NCBI GenBank assembly: GCA_963754875.1
Contig: CAVWHO010000016.1
Span: 160,001 to 224,000 of the forward strand
Length of the DNA: 64,000 nt
Origin: Nitrospirota bacterium
Lineage (GTDB): Bacteria > Nitrospirota > UBA9217
Reading direction: 5' to 3'
The position numbers were made by a program, and so were the translations under genes. Under the pieces are notes generated by a model. It saw only the letters and a program-made list of their open reading frames with translations, made no database searches and was not told the origin of the DNA. This document shows, piece after piece, positions 19,269-30,750 of the stretch (the stretch's first letter is position 1; every line of letters begins with the position of its first letter).

Positions 19269-19269
19269 T

Positions 19270-19430
19270 GCCGGTTATTCTGTCCGCACGCTGACCAATT
19301 CACCAAACCGTGAGAACCCCTTTCATTGCCATACCACCGCCTATCCGTATAACTTCGATGATCCCCAAAAGATGGTTAATCTCTTCGAGGTGCTTCGGTT
19401 CTATATAACAATTATTGGGTCCCGTTTAAA
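19270..19430 (+). pseudogene. Fragment of an NAD-dependent epimerase/SDR gene
   Basis: GYSVRTLTNSPNRENPF..AYPYNFDDP then, in a shifted frame, LRGASVLYNNYWV; no start or Rossmann motif. Confidence 0.45.
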
Positions 19431-19706
19431 AGAGGTGGCTTCAAAGGTAAAAAAGCGGGAACTATACCGTAAAAAAACAACGCAATACAAGGCGTTTGAT
19501 TATTTTTACCATACGCGGTTATGCTGCGGACGTACACAGCGAAAGAGATATCGAGAGGATGCTCGGGCAGAGTACGCCAGGAATGTCGAGGAAATATTTA
19601 AAGCGGTCGGAAGAAATGTTACGCGGGATGCATCGATCATGTACTGCCCAACTACTGCCCAAAGAGGAAAAGCGCGAGGCTAACTGATGAAATTACAAAA
19701 TAAATT

Positions 19707-19784
19707 TGGCGTCCCCAAGGGGATTCGAACCCCTGTTATCGCCGTGAAAGGGCGGTGTCCTGGGCCGGGCTAGACGATGGGGAC
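19707..19784 (-). tRNA. tRNA-Glu (TTC)
   Basis: GTCCCCATCGTCTAG...CT-TTC-AC...GGTTCGAATCC...GGGGACGCCA cloverleaf with CCA. Confidence 0.97.
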
Positions 19785-19857
19785 AATGATTCAGTTTTTA
19801 GTTTTAAGTTCTTAGTCACTCAGCACTAAAAACTCACAACTCATGACTGCGCATAAC

Positions 19858-19933
19858 TGGTGAGCCGGCTGGGATTCGAACCCAGGACACCCGCCTTAAA
19901 AGGGCGGTGCTCTACCAACTGAGCTACCGGCCC
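19858..19933 (-). tRNA. tRNA-Lys (TTT)
   Basis: GGGCCGGTAGCTCAGTTGGTAGAGC...CT-TTT-AA...GGTTCGAATCC...CACCA. Confidence 0.97.
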
Positions 19934-20001
19934 GCTCACGCGGTCTTCGCTAAAGCTGCATATAATAACAAAGAACCTCTGTCTTTGTCAATAGTAAATA
20001 C

Positions 20002-21358
<1,357 letters not shown>

Positions 21359-21443
21359 TTAAATTGAAGAATGTTAAGAAAATCCGACAAATTTTTTCTT
21401 TCCAATTTCCAATCTTCAATTCGTTCCGTCTTTTTCGGAACAA

Positions 21444-23021
21444 TCAAATTTTAACCTGCTTCACCGACAGTACGTTCGGGAGCTTCTTGATCTTTCCCAT
21501 GAGGTCATCGGACACAATGTTGTCGATGCTGACCACCGACATTGCAAGGCCGCCCTGTTTCTCGCGGCCGAACTGCATGCGTGCGATGTTGACCCCGTTC
21601 TGGCCCAAAAGCATGCCGATGCCGCCGATGACGCCGGGCTTGTCGTTGTTCATCAGCACGAGCATATCGCCCTCGGGTACCGTCTCCATCGGGAAATTGT
21701 CTACCTGAATGATGCGGGGCTCTTTTTTGCTGTTCAGCGTTCCCGAAGCGGACACGTCCTTGCCGCCTGCCTTGATCCTGAGCGTGATGAGGCTCGTGTA
21801 CTCCGTCGCTTCGCTCGATTTGGACACCTTGACGTCTATGCCGCGGTCCTTAGCGATGAGCGGAGCGTTCACGTAGTTCACATTCTCCTGGAGCGTCGGC
21901 GTAAGCAGCCCCTTGAGCGCTGCCAGCGTGATCGGTTCCTGCTTGAGGTTCGTCACCTCACCGCTGTATTCCACCGTCACCCGGGTGAGTCCCCCCTCGT
22001 AGAGCTGCGCAATGAACAGGCCCATACGCTCCGCAAGGTTGATGTAGGGCGAGAGCGTCGGGAGCTGGTCAGCGGGTACCGACGGCACGTTCACGGCATT
22101 CCGCACGGTCCCGGCAATGAGATAATCCACAACCTGTTCGGCCACGGCCACGGCCACGTTCTCCTGCGCCTCCAGCGTCGATGCGCCCAAGTGGGGTGTG
22201 GCGATAAAATTATCGAGCGTGAGAAGCGGGTGGTTCTCCGGCGGCTCCTTCTCGAACACGTCAAAGGCCGCTGCGGCGACTTTGCCGCTCTTCAGTGCCT
22301 CGTAAAGGTCCTGCTCGTTCACGATGCCGCCACGGGCGCAGTTGATGATGCGCACGCTGTCCTTCATCTGGCCGATCGTGTCCTTGTTGATAAGGTTCGC
22401 CGTTTCCTTGGTCTTGGGCGTGTGGACGGTGATGAAATCAGACCGTTTGTAGATCGTCGGGAGGTCTGCAAGCTCTATCCCGAGGCTCTTTGCCTTTTCC
22501 GTAGAAATGAACGGATCATAAGCCAGGACCTTCATGCCGAGACCGATGGCCCGGCTCGCAACGACGCCGCCGATGGCACCCAAGCCGACGATGCCGAGGG
22601 TCTTGTCGTAAAGCTCGACGCCCTCGAACTTTTTCTTTTCCCACTTGCCGGCCTTGAGCGAGGCATAGGCCTGCGGGATCATGCGGGCGCAGGCGAAGAT
22701 CATGCCGATGGTGTGTTCCGCTGTGGTGACCGTGTTCCCACCGGGCGTGTTCATGACTACAACACCTTTTTTTGTAGCGGCCGGGATGTCCACGTTGTCC
22801 AGACCGCTGCCCGCGCGGCCCACGACCTTAAGCTTCGTTGCTTTCTCGAGGAGTCCTGCCGTGACCTTCGTGGCCGAACGGATGATCAGGGCGTCATAAT
22901 CGCCGATGATCTTCTCGATCTCTTCGACCGAGGTCTTGCTCCGGGCATCCACGTCGAGCCCGGCCTTTTTCAGAATCTCCACCCCGATCGGGGAGAGGTT
23001 ATCGCTGATGAGAACCTTCAT
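21444..23021 (-). CDS. serA: D-3-phosphoglycerate dehydrogenase with ASB/ACT domains
   Basis: GRAGSGLDNVD, GLGAIG, INCARGG, TPHLGAST motifs, ACT C-terminus. Confidence 0.95.
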   Translation of the reverse strand: MKVLISDNLSPIGVEILKKAGLDVDARSKTSVEEIEKIIGDYDALIIRSATKVTAGLLEKATKLKVVGRAGSGLDNVDIPAATKKGVVVMNTPGGNTVTTAEHTIGMIFACARMIPQAYASLKAGKWEKKKFEGVELYDKTLGIVGLGAIGGVVASRAIGLGMKVLAYDPFISTEKAKSLGIELADLPTIYKRSDFITVHTPKTKETANLINKDTIGQMKDSVRIINCARGGIVNEQDLYEALKSGKVAAAAFDVFEKEPPENHPLLTLDNFIATPHLGASTLEAQENVAVAVAEQVVDYLIAGTVRNAVNVPSVPADQLPTLSPYINLAERMGLFIAQLYEGGLTRVTVEYSGEVTNLKQEPITLAALKGLLTPTLQENVNYVNAPLIAKDRGIDVKVSKSSEATEYTSLITLRIKAGGKDVSASGTLNSKKEPRIIQVDNFPMETVPEGDMLVLMNNDKPGVIGGIGMLLGQNGVNIARMQFGREKQGGLAMSVVSIDNIVSDDLMGKIKKLPNVLSVKQVKI

Positions 23022-23157
23022 GAATCCTCCTGAATGCGATGTAACCACAGATGAACACGGTACGGCAACACTGATAAAAAAAAGTTTCTTTAAATTTGCT
23101 TTTTATCTGTGATCATCCGTGTGTCCGGTGCAGCCGGACCCGTGGTCCCAACCGCCA

Positions 23158-24294
23158 TTATTTCATCAATATTTCCTGGGCCGCGCCCACGCCGGTACCG
23201 AGTTTCACCGGATGGCCCAGGCCCTTAAGCACCATCTCGATGCCGGCGATAGCCGTGATCACGTCGAAGGTATCGGCATAGCCCAAGTGCGCGATACGGA
23301 AAATTTTGCCTTTGAGCTTGTCCTGCCCGCCTGCGCCGGTGATGCCGTACTTCACGCGCAAATCTTTGTAGATCGCCTGGCCGTCAACGCCCGCCGGCGC
23401 CTCGATTGCCGTCAGCGCATTGCTCGGGTTTTCTTTGGGGAACAGTTTGAGGCCCAGGGCCGTTGCTCCCGCTCTCGTCGCCTTTGCAAGCCTCGCATGG
23501 CGCGCCAGCACGTTTTCAAGCCCTTCATCCTGCAGCATCTTGATGCAGGAGTTGAGCCCGATGATGAGCGTCACTGCCGACGTGAAGAGGGTCTGGTTTT
23601 TGGCAAGATTTTCCCGTTCTTTCTTAAAGTTGAAGTAGAACTTCGGCGACTTGGCCGTATCAGCCATCTTCCAGGCTTTGTCGCTCACGGAAACGAAGGC
23701 GAGTCCCGGCGGGAGCATAACACCCTTCTGGGAACCGCCGACCATGACGTCGATACCCCATTCATCGGTCTTGAGATCGTGGGCCACGAGGGCCGAAATG
23801 GCGTCGACGACGAACAAGGCGTCGGTCTTTTTCACGACCGAGGCAACGGCCTTAATATCGTGGTACACGCCGGTCGATGTTTCGTTTGCTTGAATGAACA
23901 CGGCCTTGATCTTGGGATTTTTCTTGAGGCTGGCCTCGACCTGCTCGGGTTTCACGGCATAGCCCCATTCCACCACAATTTCCTCGACCTTCATGCCGTA
24001 GGCCTGGCAGATTTTGGTCCAGCGTTCGCCGAACTTACCGCCGTTCACGACGAGCACATCGTCACCGGGATTCAGAAAATTGTTCACCGAGCCGACCATG
24101 CCGCCGGTGCCGGTCGAACAAAGAATGAGCACGTCATTTTTGGTCTGGTAGAGCCACTGCAGGCCTTTCTTGGCTGAATCAAGAACGGGAAGAAAATCCG
24201 GTGCCCGATGGTGGATAATGGGCATGGCCATGGCCAGAAGCGCCTCTGGCGGTACCGGGGTCGGGCCAGGGGCCAAGAGATATTTTTTTTGCAT
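23158..24294 (-). CDS. Class V PLP aminotransferase (serine-pyruvate/alanine-glyoxylate type; probable phosphoserine aminotransferase role)
   Basis: PGPTPVP, NETSTGV, VDAISAL, GSQKGVMLPPGL; adjacent to serA. Confidence 0.88.
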   Translation of the reverse strand: MQKKYLLAPGPTPVPPEALLAMAMPIIHHRAPDFLPVLDSAKKGLQWLYQTKNDVLILCSTGTGGMVGSVNNFLNPGDDVLVVNGGKFGERWTKICQAYGMKVEEIVVEWGYAVKPEQVEASLKKNPKIKAVFIQANETSTGVYHDIKAVASVVKKTDALFVVDAISALVAHDLKTDEWGIDVMVGGSQKGVMLPPGLAFVSVSDKAWKMADTAKSPKFYFNFKKERENLAKNQTLFTSAVTLIIGLNSCIKMLQDEGLENVLARHARLAKATRAGATALGLKLFPKENPSNALTAIEAPAGVDGQAIYKDLRVKYGITGAGGQDKLKGKIFRIAHLGYADTFDVITAIAGIEMVLKGLGHPVKLGTGVGAAQEILMK

Positions 24295-24600
24295 GAGTGT
24301 ATCCTCCAAAAGTAATGTAAGCAAAATCGATCGTCAGATTTTTATTAGGAACAATCGCGAAAACGGAGCTGAATTATGCTCTGAAGTAAATTAGCGTCCC
24401 GTCGGGGCGGGACCTATGCCCGGGGTTGGCATGTCGATGGGATAGAGTGGATGTCTGTGCTGTATCAAGGTAATGCTGCCTCTCTTTGGATAATTCAGGT
24501 GAAACATATTGACAGTAACATAAGCCGATGAAAATTGTCAAGAAAATAGTTAAGCCCGCAACCGTAAGAGCGTTGCGGGCTTTCAGGGTATCCCCGAACC

Positions 24601-24996
24601 TTATTTTTGCACGACGTCCAGGATCAAGCTCAAGGTCAACACCGGACTCTTTCGGTCGTTTGAATAGAGGCTGACATGTTTTACCAGATGTCCGTTCTTT
24701 CCGGCTGTGTTCACATCTGCCTTTATCTGTCCCACGGTCCCCGGGTCAAGGTGATTAGAACTAATCACCGCAGCAGTGCAGCCTCAGGACGGCACGACCC
24801 GCTCAATATCCAGAGTCTCGTTCCCGCCGTTTCTGATTTCAAATACGTGACTTGCCAGGGTCCCCTCGACGACTTTACCGAAATCATATTGCACTTCCTT
24901 GGCGATGATCCTGGGCCCTTTTGACTCCTGCGCGGGCAGCACCCCCGCGAACCCGATCACAAGCACAACGACAATGACTGCGATGATCTTCTTCAT
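24601..24996 (-). CDS. DUF1573-domain secreted selenoprotein (S-U-G-C)
   Basis: In-frame TGA at 24784-24786 sits at the Cys position of the S-C-G-C-T motif; frame continues GCTAAVISS..HVSLYSND..VVQK to TAA; hairpin GGTGATTA-GTTC-TAATCACC at 24750-24769. Confidence 0.8.
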
Positions 24997-25059
24997 GCCA
25001 AACGTCCCTCCACGCGGGTGCTTCATTCCGCATTCTCCCTCCCGCAATCCGCTTTCGTA

Positions 25060-25770
25060 TCAGAGCCCCATCTTTTTCTGGTAAATCATGCTGACCAGCT
25101 CGTCTCGGCTAATCAGCCCCTTCTCAATGAGGAGCGTCGTGAGCGCCTCCATCCGTATTTTTGTGTCCTGAAGTGCCTGCTGAGCCGATTCATCCTTGGA
25201 CAGGATAGGCGATGCCGCATCGTTCTCAGTCTGTTTCTGCATGCTGAGATCACTTCCGCGGATGATTTCCATCTTTCCGCCCGAAGAGTACGCTGCTCCC
25301 TGATAAAAAGGCTCGTTCTTTTGTTTGCGCGCGAACTCTTCGCCGTCGTAGTACTTTTTAATGGCGTCCCTGATCTCGGATTCAAGGGCCAGCGACGGTT
25401 TGATGTTCAGCCCTGTGATAAACCGGATCTCATCGATCGCCTCAATGTCGAGGGGATCCAGCATTGCCAGCGTGAGGTTACTCTTGTCCCGCCTAGCCGG
25501 GATCACGTGATATTTCTTCGCGACATCGGGCTTGATGAGCTTGATCACGTTCTCGGGAATTTCAGGCTCGAACAGGTTGACATAAGGGGTATGCAATTGT
25601 TCTGCGATCACCCTGGCCAGGTCTTCTTCTCTTATGAATTCCAGTTCAATAAAAATGGAACCGAGTTTTCCTCCCCAGTTCCGTTGGTGCGACAGGGCGG
25701 ACTGGAGCTGAAACTCATCGATAAGACCGGCTTCTTTGAGCATGTCGCCGAGTTTCTTTACCTCGGCCAT
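25060..25770 (-). CDS. MshEN (GspE N-terminal) domain protein, probable c-di-GMP receptor
   Basis: KLGDMLKEAGLIDEFQLQSALSHQ..KLGSIFIELEFI and LAMLDPLD; no ATPase domain. Confidence 0.8.
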   Translation of the reverse strand: MAEVKKLGDMLKEAGLIDEFQLQSALSHQRNWGGKLGSIFIELEFIREEDLARVIAEQLHTPYVNLFEPEIPENVIKLIKPDVAKKYHVIPARRDKSNLTLAMLDPLDIEAIDEIRFITGLNIKPSLALESEIRDAIKKYYDGEEFARKQKNEPFYQGAAYSSGGKMEIIRGSDLSMQKQTENDAASPILSKDESAQQALQDTKIRMEALTTLLIEKGLISRDELVSMIYQKKMGL

Positions 25771-26021
25771 CGGATAAGCCCTCCTTGTACGAATACCAAT
25801 CGTCACTTCAATTAGGTTAAATTATATGCCGCGGGAACGGTGACTGTCAATGTTTTTTTGGACAAATATTTGAAGTTTCCCGTGCAGGGTTGTACGACGG
25901 TCACGGATAATAAAAAAATACAAGAGGGAAAAAGTGGGGAAAAAGAGCAAAAAGATCAGTCAAAACCATTTTTTGGATTTTCAGGTCACCTGATTCTCCA
26001 CCTCCTTATTGCTATCGGATA

Positions 26022-26846
26022 TTACGAATGATTAGGGCTTGCGTTTCGTATTGTATCTTCCGACTTCACCAGCAAATGCCTCAGATCAACGTCCGCAAGC
26101 GCGGCAAGCAGGCTTGCTTTGATGCCGGGGTGCTCCTGTTCAAGCCCAGAAAGCATTTTTTTTATCTTCACCCTTTTTTGGTCCTCGTCTCCGCAAGCGG
26201 GACAGGCGCAGCAGGCGATCGGGAAACCCGCTTCTGATGCGTAGCGGATGATATCATCCTCCGGTACATATACCAGGGGCCGGATGACCACATTCCGTCC
26301 ATCATCGGCACGCAGGAGCGGGGCCATTGCCTTTATGGCGCCATTATAGAATTGATTGAGCAATAGCGTCTCGATGAAGTCGTCCCGGTGGTGGCCGAGA
26401 GCCACCTTCGTGCATTCAAGTTCCCGGGCTTGCGTGTACAGCACGCCTCGTTTGATCCGGGAACAGAGAGCGCACGGCGTATCGTCGGGAGTTAGTTTCT
26501 CGAGCAGAAGCCGATGAATAGGCGCGGAAACAACATGATATTCAAAGTCGTGCGCCCGAAGATAATCTTCCATCAGCCCGGTTTGGAAGCCGGGAAAGCC
26601 GGGATGAACAGTAAGTGCGACGAGCGAAAAGGTGATTGGGGCACGCTGCCTGAGGCTGTCCAATATGTGGAGTAGTGTCCAGCTGTCTTTACCGCCCGAG
26701 AGCGCGACGAGGATCCGATCGTGGTTGTCGATCAGGCCGAAATCGCCGATGGCCTTGCCCGCAAGCCGGCGGATGTCATGTTCCCTGCGTTCTACTACGG
26801 TGCGCATGCGAAGAATGCTAATGCCTGCGGCCTCGGAAGTCAACAT
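26022..26846 (-). CDS. ttcA: tRNA 2-thiocytidine biosynthesis protein
   Basis: SGGKDS, PCALCSRIKRG, LGHHRDD, IRPL, CxxC motifs. Confidence 0.9.
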   Translation of the reverse strand: MLTSEAAGISILRMRTVVERREHDIRRLAGKAIGDFGLIDNHDRILVALSGGKDSWTLLHILDSLRQRAPITFSLVALTVHPGFPGFQTGLMEDYLRAHDFEYHVVSAPIHRLLLEKLTPDDTPCALCSRIKRGVLYTQARELECTKVALGHHRDDFIETLLLNQFYNGAIKAMAPLLRADDGRNVVIRPLVYVPEDDIIRYASEAGFPIACCACPACGDEDQKRVKIKKMLSGLEQEHPGIKASLLAALADVDLRHLLVKSEDTIRNASPNHS

Positions 26847-26929
26847 TTTTATGGGAGAATGTACCCGCTTTTACAAAAATAAAGGCCCCCGAATATCCAA
26901 TCCGGGGGCCCGTTTTTTTCGATTCTTTT

Positions 26930-27277
26930 TTACCGTCTTCTCTTGGCCGCCTTCTTTTTCGCTTTCTTCTTTGTTGCTTTTTTCTTTGTCGCCTTTTTCT
27001 TCGCTGCCGCCTTCTTTGTCGCTTTCTTCTTCACTGCCTTTTTCTTGGCCGTTTTTTTCTTGGCTGCTTTCTTCGCAGTCTTTTTCTTCGCTTTCTTTTT
27101 TGCCGGTTTGGGCTTTGTTACGGCTGCCGCAGCCGAAGGAGCCGGCGGAACGTTAGCTTCCGTCGCCTCCAGTCCGCAGCAGTACACGGGCTCTTCGTAC
27201 ACATCTCCGGTCCTTGTAACGTCTATCTTTCTGCCGCACACCCTGCACTCATACTGCATGATTCTTTCCATAGCCAT
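26930..27277 (-). CDS. Desulforedoxin-like Cys domain fused to a histone H1-like Lys/Ala tail
   Basis: YECRVCG...VYCCG followed by KKKA/KKTA repeats; AAGGAGG RBS. Confidence 0.7.
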   Translation of the reverse strand: MAMERIMQYECRVCGRKIDVTRTGDVYEEPVYCCGLEATEANVPPAPSAAAAVTKPKPAKKKAKKKTAKKAAKKKTAKKKAVKKKATKKAAAKKKATKKKATKKKAKKKAAKRRR

Positions 27278-27488
27278 AGGCGTTGCCCTCCTTAGTAAGC
27301 TGATGACCCCGCTGCAGCGGGGCGGTATAACGCTCTGACGCTTTTACATCATGCGAGGATAACCATTTGGGGTCCTGCACAGAAACACCGCATACAGCGC
27401 GGATATTACTCTTATTTGTCAGATGGTACTGTAGAATCATCTACAATAAATGTCAAGCTTTTTCGTGGAATCTGTCATGAAATCGGGC

Positions 27489-27680
27489 CTAACACCACAT
27501 GCGGGGCTGCTTCTTATTCGCGTTGATCATCGCCGTTCTTCTCTTGTCCGCTTCCCTCAGTTCCCAGATCTTCTCCATGCCTTCGAGTGCCGAGGACAAC
27601 GCCTCATCAGTCTTTTTCCCTTCCCATTCCTTCGTCTCGGCGAGCCGATAGAGCTCCATGATAACGTCTTCAAGAGTCAT
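27489..27680 (-). CDS. Hypothetical protein, 63 aa
   Basis: AAGGAG RBS, helical composition. Confidence 0.5.
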   Translation of the reverse strand: MTLEDVIMELYRLAETKEWEGKKTDEALSSALEGMEKIWELREADKRRTAMINANKKQPRMWC

Positions 27681-27888
27681 GCATAATCTCCTTTAAAAAC
27701 AATATGTTATTACAAATTACCCGGCAATTACCAGCAACCATTCCTTTGCCTATAAAAAAACCGGGAGAAAAGTCTCCCGGTAATGGTCATTTCATAACGT
27801 CCTCTTCTCTGCTGCAAACTGCAAACATCGAGACAACCGGATTATGCACATGACCTCCATGATCTGAACTTCCTGTCCTTTGATGCGA

Positions 27889-30237
27889 TTAGCCGCACTT
27901 CGAAAACCCGCAACCACGGCAAAAAGCGCAGCCTTCGCCGAACTCCAGGAGCCCGCCGCAGTCCGGGCATTCGGGGCAAAGGCCGAGGTGGTTCGTGTTC
28001 CCGCCTTTTGCGCAATCGGACGAGGTATAACCGACTGTCGGCTGGGCAGAAGAGGTCTTGTGGCGATGGCTCACATGCTCTTTTGTGTAACGTTCAAGCG
28101 CCCTGCCGATGGCATCGGGGCAGGACAGGATAGATCCGCCCTCACCCCAGGCCGGAGACGGGCAGCGAATGCCCTTTACCTGCTTGATGATGGAATCTAT
28201 GGACACTCCCGAGCGGAGCGCCAGCGAGACCATGCGGGAGACGGCCTCGGACTGGCTTGCGGCGCACCCACCGGACTTGCCCATGGTGGAGAAGACCTCG
28301 CAGATGCCTTCCTCGTCTTCGTTGATCGTGATATAAAGGTTGCCGCACCCTGTGGGAAGCTTCTGGGTTACGCCATGGGTGAGCGCGGGACGGCTCCTCG
28401 GCTTCTTCTCCTCGGCCAGCTCGGGCGAGGCCGAGGCGACCGTAACGTGCTGGTTTGTTGCAGCAGCTTTGCGCGCCTTTTCCGTGGCCCCGGTAGACAG
28501 CACCTGCTCGTCGCGGGAGCCGTCCCGGTAGATGGTCACGCCCTTGCAGCCGGTCTTGTACGCCAGCAGGTAGACTTTTTCGACGTCCTTCTTCACGGCG
28601 CTGTGCGGGAAGTTCACGGTCTTGGACACGGCATTATCGGTGTATTTCTGAAACGCCGCCTGCATGCGGATGTGCCACTCCGGGGTGATATCGTGGGCCG
28701 AGACAAAGACTTTCTGCACGTCCTCGGGAACGGTCTTGACGCCCGTGCATCCGCCGTGTTCTGCGATCTCCTTCATCAGGGACTCGGACGCGAACCCGCG
28801 GGCCTTCGCGACCCGCTCGAACACGGGGTTCACTTCGATCATTTCAGTGCCGTCGAGCACCTTGCGCACGAAGGAGAGCCCGAAGAGCGGCTCGATGCCG
28901 CTGGAACAGCCGGCAATGATGGACAGGGTGCCGGTGGGCGCGATGGTCGTAACCGTTGCGTTCCGGAGAGGCGCCATTCCCGGCTTATCGTAGATACTGC
29001 CTTTGAAGTTCGGGAAAGCGCCGCGCTCCTTGGCGAGTTCCTGGCTCATCTTCCGGCCCTCGTCGGTGATAAACTTCATTACGGACTCACCGACCCGCAC
29101 CGCTTCGTCAGAGTTGTAGGGGATGCCCATCTCGAGCAGCATGTCGGCGAAACCCATGACGCCGAGGCCTATCTTGCGGTTGGAGCGGGTCATCTCGCTG
29201 ATCTTGTCGAGGGGGTACCGGTTTGCATCGATCACGTTGTCCAGGAAATGGCAGGCCTGCTGCACCGTGTGCCGGAGCTTGTCGAAATCGATCGCCGTGC
29301 CGTGCTGCGCCAGCATCTTCGCCAGATTGATTGATCCCAGGTTGCAGGACTCGTACGGGAGCAGCGGCTGTTCACCGCAAGGGTTGGTGGACTCCACCAT
29401 GCCCACGTGCGGCGTAGGGTTGTACTGGTTGATGCGGTCCAAAAAGATGATGCCCGGGTCGCCGTTCTTCCAGGCCATGTTCACGATGGTGTCGAAGACC
29501 TTTCGGGCCTGGAGCCGTTTAACCACCGCCTTGCCGCGCGGGGTGACCAGGTCGTATTCGCCGTCCCTATCCACAGCGTCCATAAAGGTGTCGGTCATGG
29601 CAACGGAAATGTTGAAATTATTGAGCCGGTCGTTCTGCTGTTTGCAGGTGATAAAATCGAGGATGTCCGGGTGGTCTATTGACAGGATGCCCATATTGGC
29701 GCCCCGGCGCGTGCCCCCCTGCTTTACCGTCTCGGTGGCCGCATCGAACACGGTCATAAACGAGATCGGGCCCGAAGACACGCCCTTGGTGGACTTGACC
29801 ACGTCGTTCTTCGGACGGATGCGGGAGAAGGAGAAACCCGTACCGCCGCCTGACTTGTGGATAAGCGCAGCGTTCTTCACGGACTCGAAGATCTCGTCCA
29901 TGGAATCGCCCACGGGCAGCACGAAACAGGCCGACAGCTGGCCCAGTTCACGCCCCGCGTTCATGAGCGTGGGGCTGTTCGGCAGGAACTCGAGGGAGGT
30001 CATGAGGCGGTAAAACTCAGTCGCAGTCCGCTCCACATCTGCGTCGGACTTGCCGTAGGCGCGGTCGGCCTCGGCAATGGTTCGCGCCACGCGCGTGAAC
30101 ATGTCAACAGCCGTTTCAATAACAGTCCCGTCTTCGTTCCGCTTAAGATAGCGTTTTTCGAGAACCTTGAGGCAGTTCTCAGAAAGATTGAGGCCTTTGC
30201 CGGAAGCTGTTGTTGAAACAGAAGCTGCGCTCTTCAT
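27889..30237 (-). CDS. nrdJ: Class II (B12-dependent) ribonucleotide reductase with TSCPD domain and Zn ribbon
   Basis: PNSPTLMNAG, SACFV, TNPCGEQPL, APTGT, SCPDAI, CPDCG..CRGCG motifs. Confidence 0.95.
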   Translation of the reverse strand: MKSAASVSTTASGKGLNLSENCLKVLEKRYLKRNEDGTVIETAVDMFTRVARTIAEADRAYGKSDADVERTATEFYRLMTSLEFLPNSPTLMNAGRELGQLSACFVLPVGDSMDEIFESVKNAALIHKSGGGTGFSFSRIRPKNDVVKSTKGVSSGPISFMTVFDAATETVKQGGTRRGANMGILSIDHPDILDFITCKQQNDRLNNFNISVAMTDTFMDAVDRDGEYDLVTPRGKAVVKRLQARKVFDTIVNMAWKNGDPGIIFLDRINQYNPTPHVGMVESTNPCGEQPLLPYESCNLGSINLAKMLAQHGTAIDFDKLRHTVQQACHFLDNVIDANRYPLDKISEMTRSNRKIGLGVMGFADMLLEMGIPYNSDEAVRVGESVMKFITDEGRKMSQELAKERGAFPNFKGSIYDKPGMAPLRNATVTTIAPTGTLSIIAGCSSGIEPLFGLSFVRKVLDGTEMIEVNPVFERVAKARGFASESLMKEIAEHGGCTGVKTVPEDVQKVFVSAHDITPEWHIRMQAAFQKYTDNAVSKTVNFPHSAVKKDVEKVYLLAYKTGCKGVTIYRDGSRDEQVLSTGATEKARKAAATNQHVTVASASPELAEEKKPRSRPALTHGVTQKLPTGCGNLYITINEDEEGICEVFSTMGKSGGCAASQSEAVSRMVSLALRSGVSIDSIIKQVKGIRCPSPAWGEGGSILSCPDAIGRALERYTKEHVSHRHKTSSAQPTVGYTSSDCAKGGNTNHLGLCPECPDCGGLLEFGEGCAFCRGCGFSKCG

Positions 30238-30354
30238 AAATCTTCCTCCTCAAAATAGAATAAAATATGCAAACATAAACTCAGAAAGAGCACCCCGAAG
30301 GCTGCTCTAAAATAGTTATTTATGTTTGAAGGTTTTTTTAGGTAAAACGGAATG

Positions 30355-30402
30355 CTACTTTATTTAGTGGATCGAGGTAATTATAGCCACAAGATATTGT
30401 GT
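30355..30402. promoter_or_regulatory. Tandem NrdR boxes
   Basis: CTACTTTATTTAGTGG (30355) and CCACAAGATATTGTGT (30387), 32 bp apart, fit acaCwAtATaTwGtgt upstream of nrdJ. Confidence 0.8.
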
Positions 30403-30750
30403 TGTCAAACGATTTATAAAAAAACTTATCCCGGTGAAACATTCGGATTCATCCCGTTTAATGCGGTTTTTTTCAAGCATCTCTTACTTCTCAAGCGCCA
30501 GGCAAGGCCAAAATAAAACCGGGTGTTAAAAATGCAAGCCTGTGGCGGCTATTCTATTCGCGTTCATTTATCAAATAGGATTTTCGAGGAGTAGTTTTAT
30601 CTGGTTTTTCGAAAATGGGCCATACTTTTTGGGGCTGCGGTCCTTTTTTGACCACCGGAGAGACTGGTAATTATAAAATGGTTCTCGCACTGCTTTATTA
30701 GTATATGATGGTCCTTGCACACCCAGTGTCTCAGCGAAAAGGCTCTCATC

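Noticed and set aside
26943..27338. Phe/Ala-rich plus-strand ORF
   Set aside because: Antisense shadow of the Lys/Ala-rich gene, which has the RBS and Cys motif.
27880..29334. Long plus-strand ORFs opposite nrdJ (likewise opposite serA, cusA, zwf and nuo genes)
   Set aside because: Antisense shadows typical of GC-rich coding DNA; no motifs.
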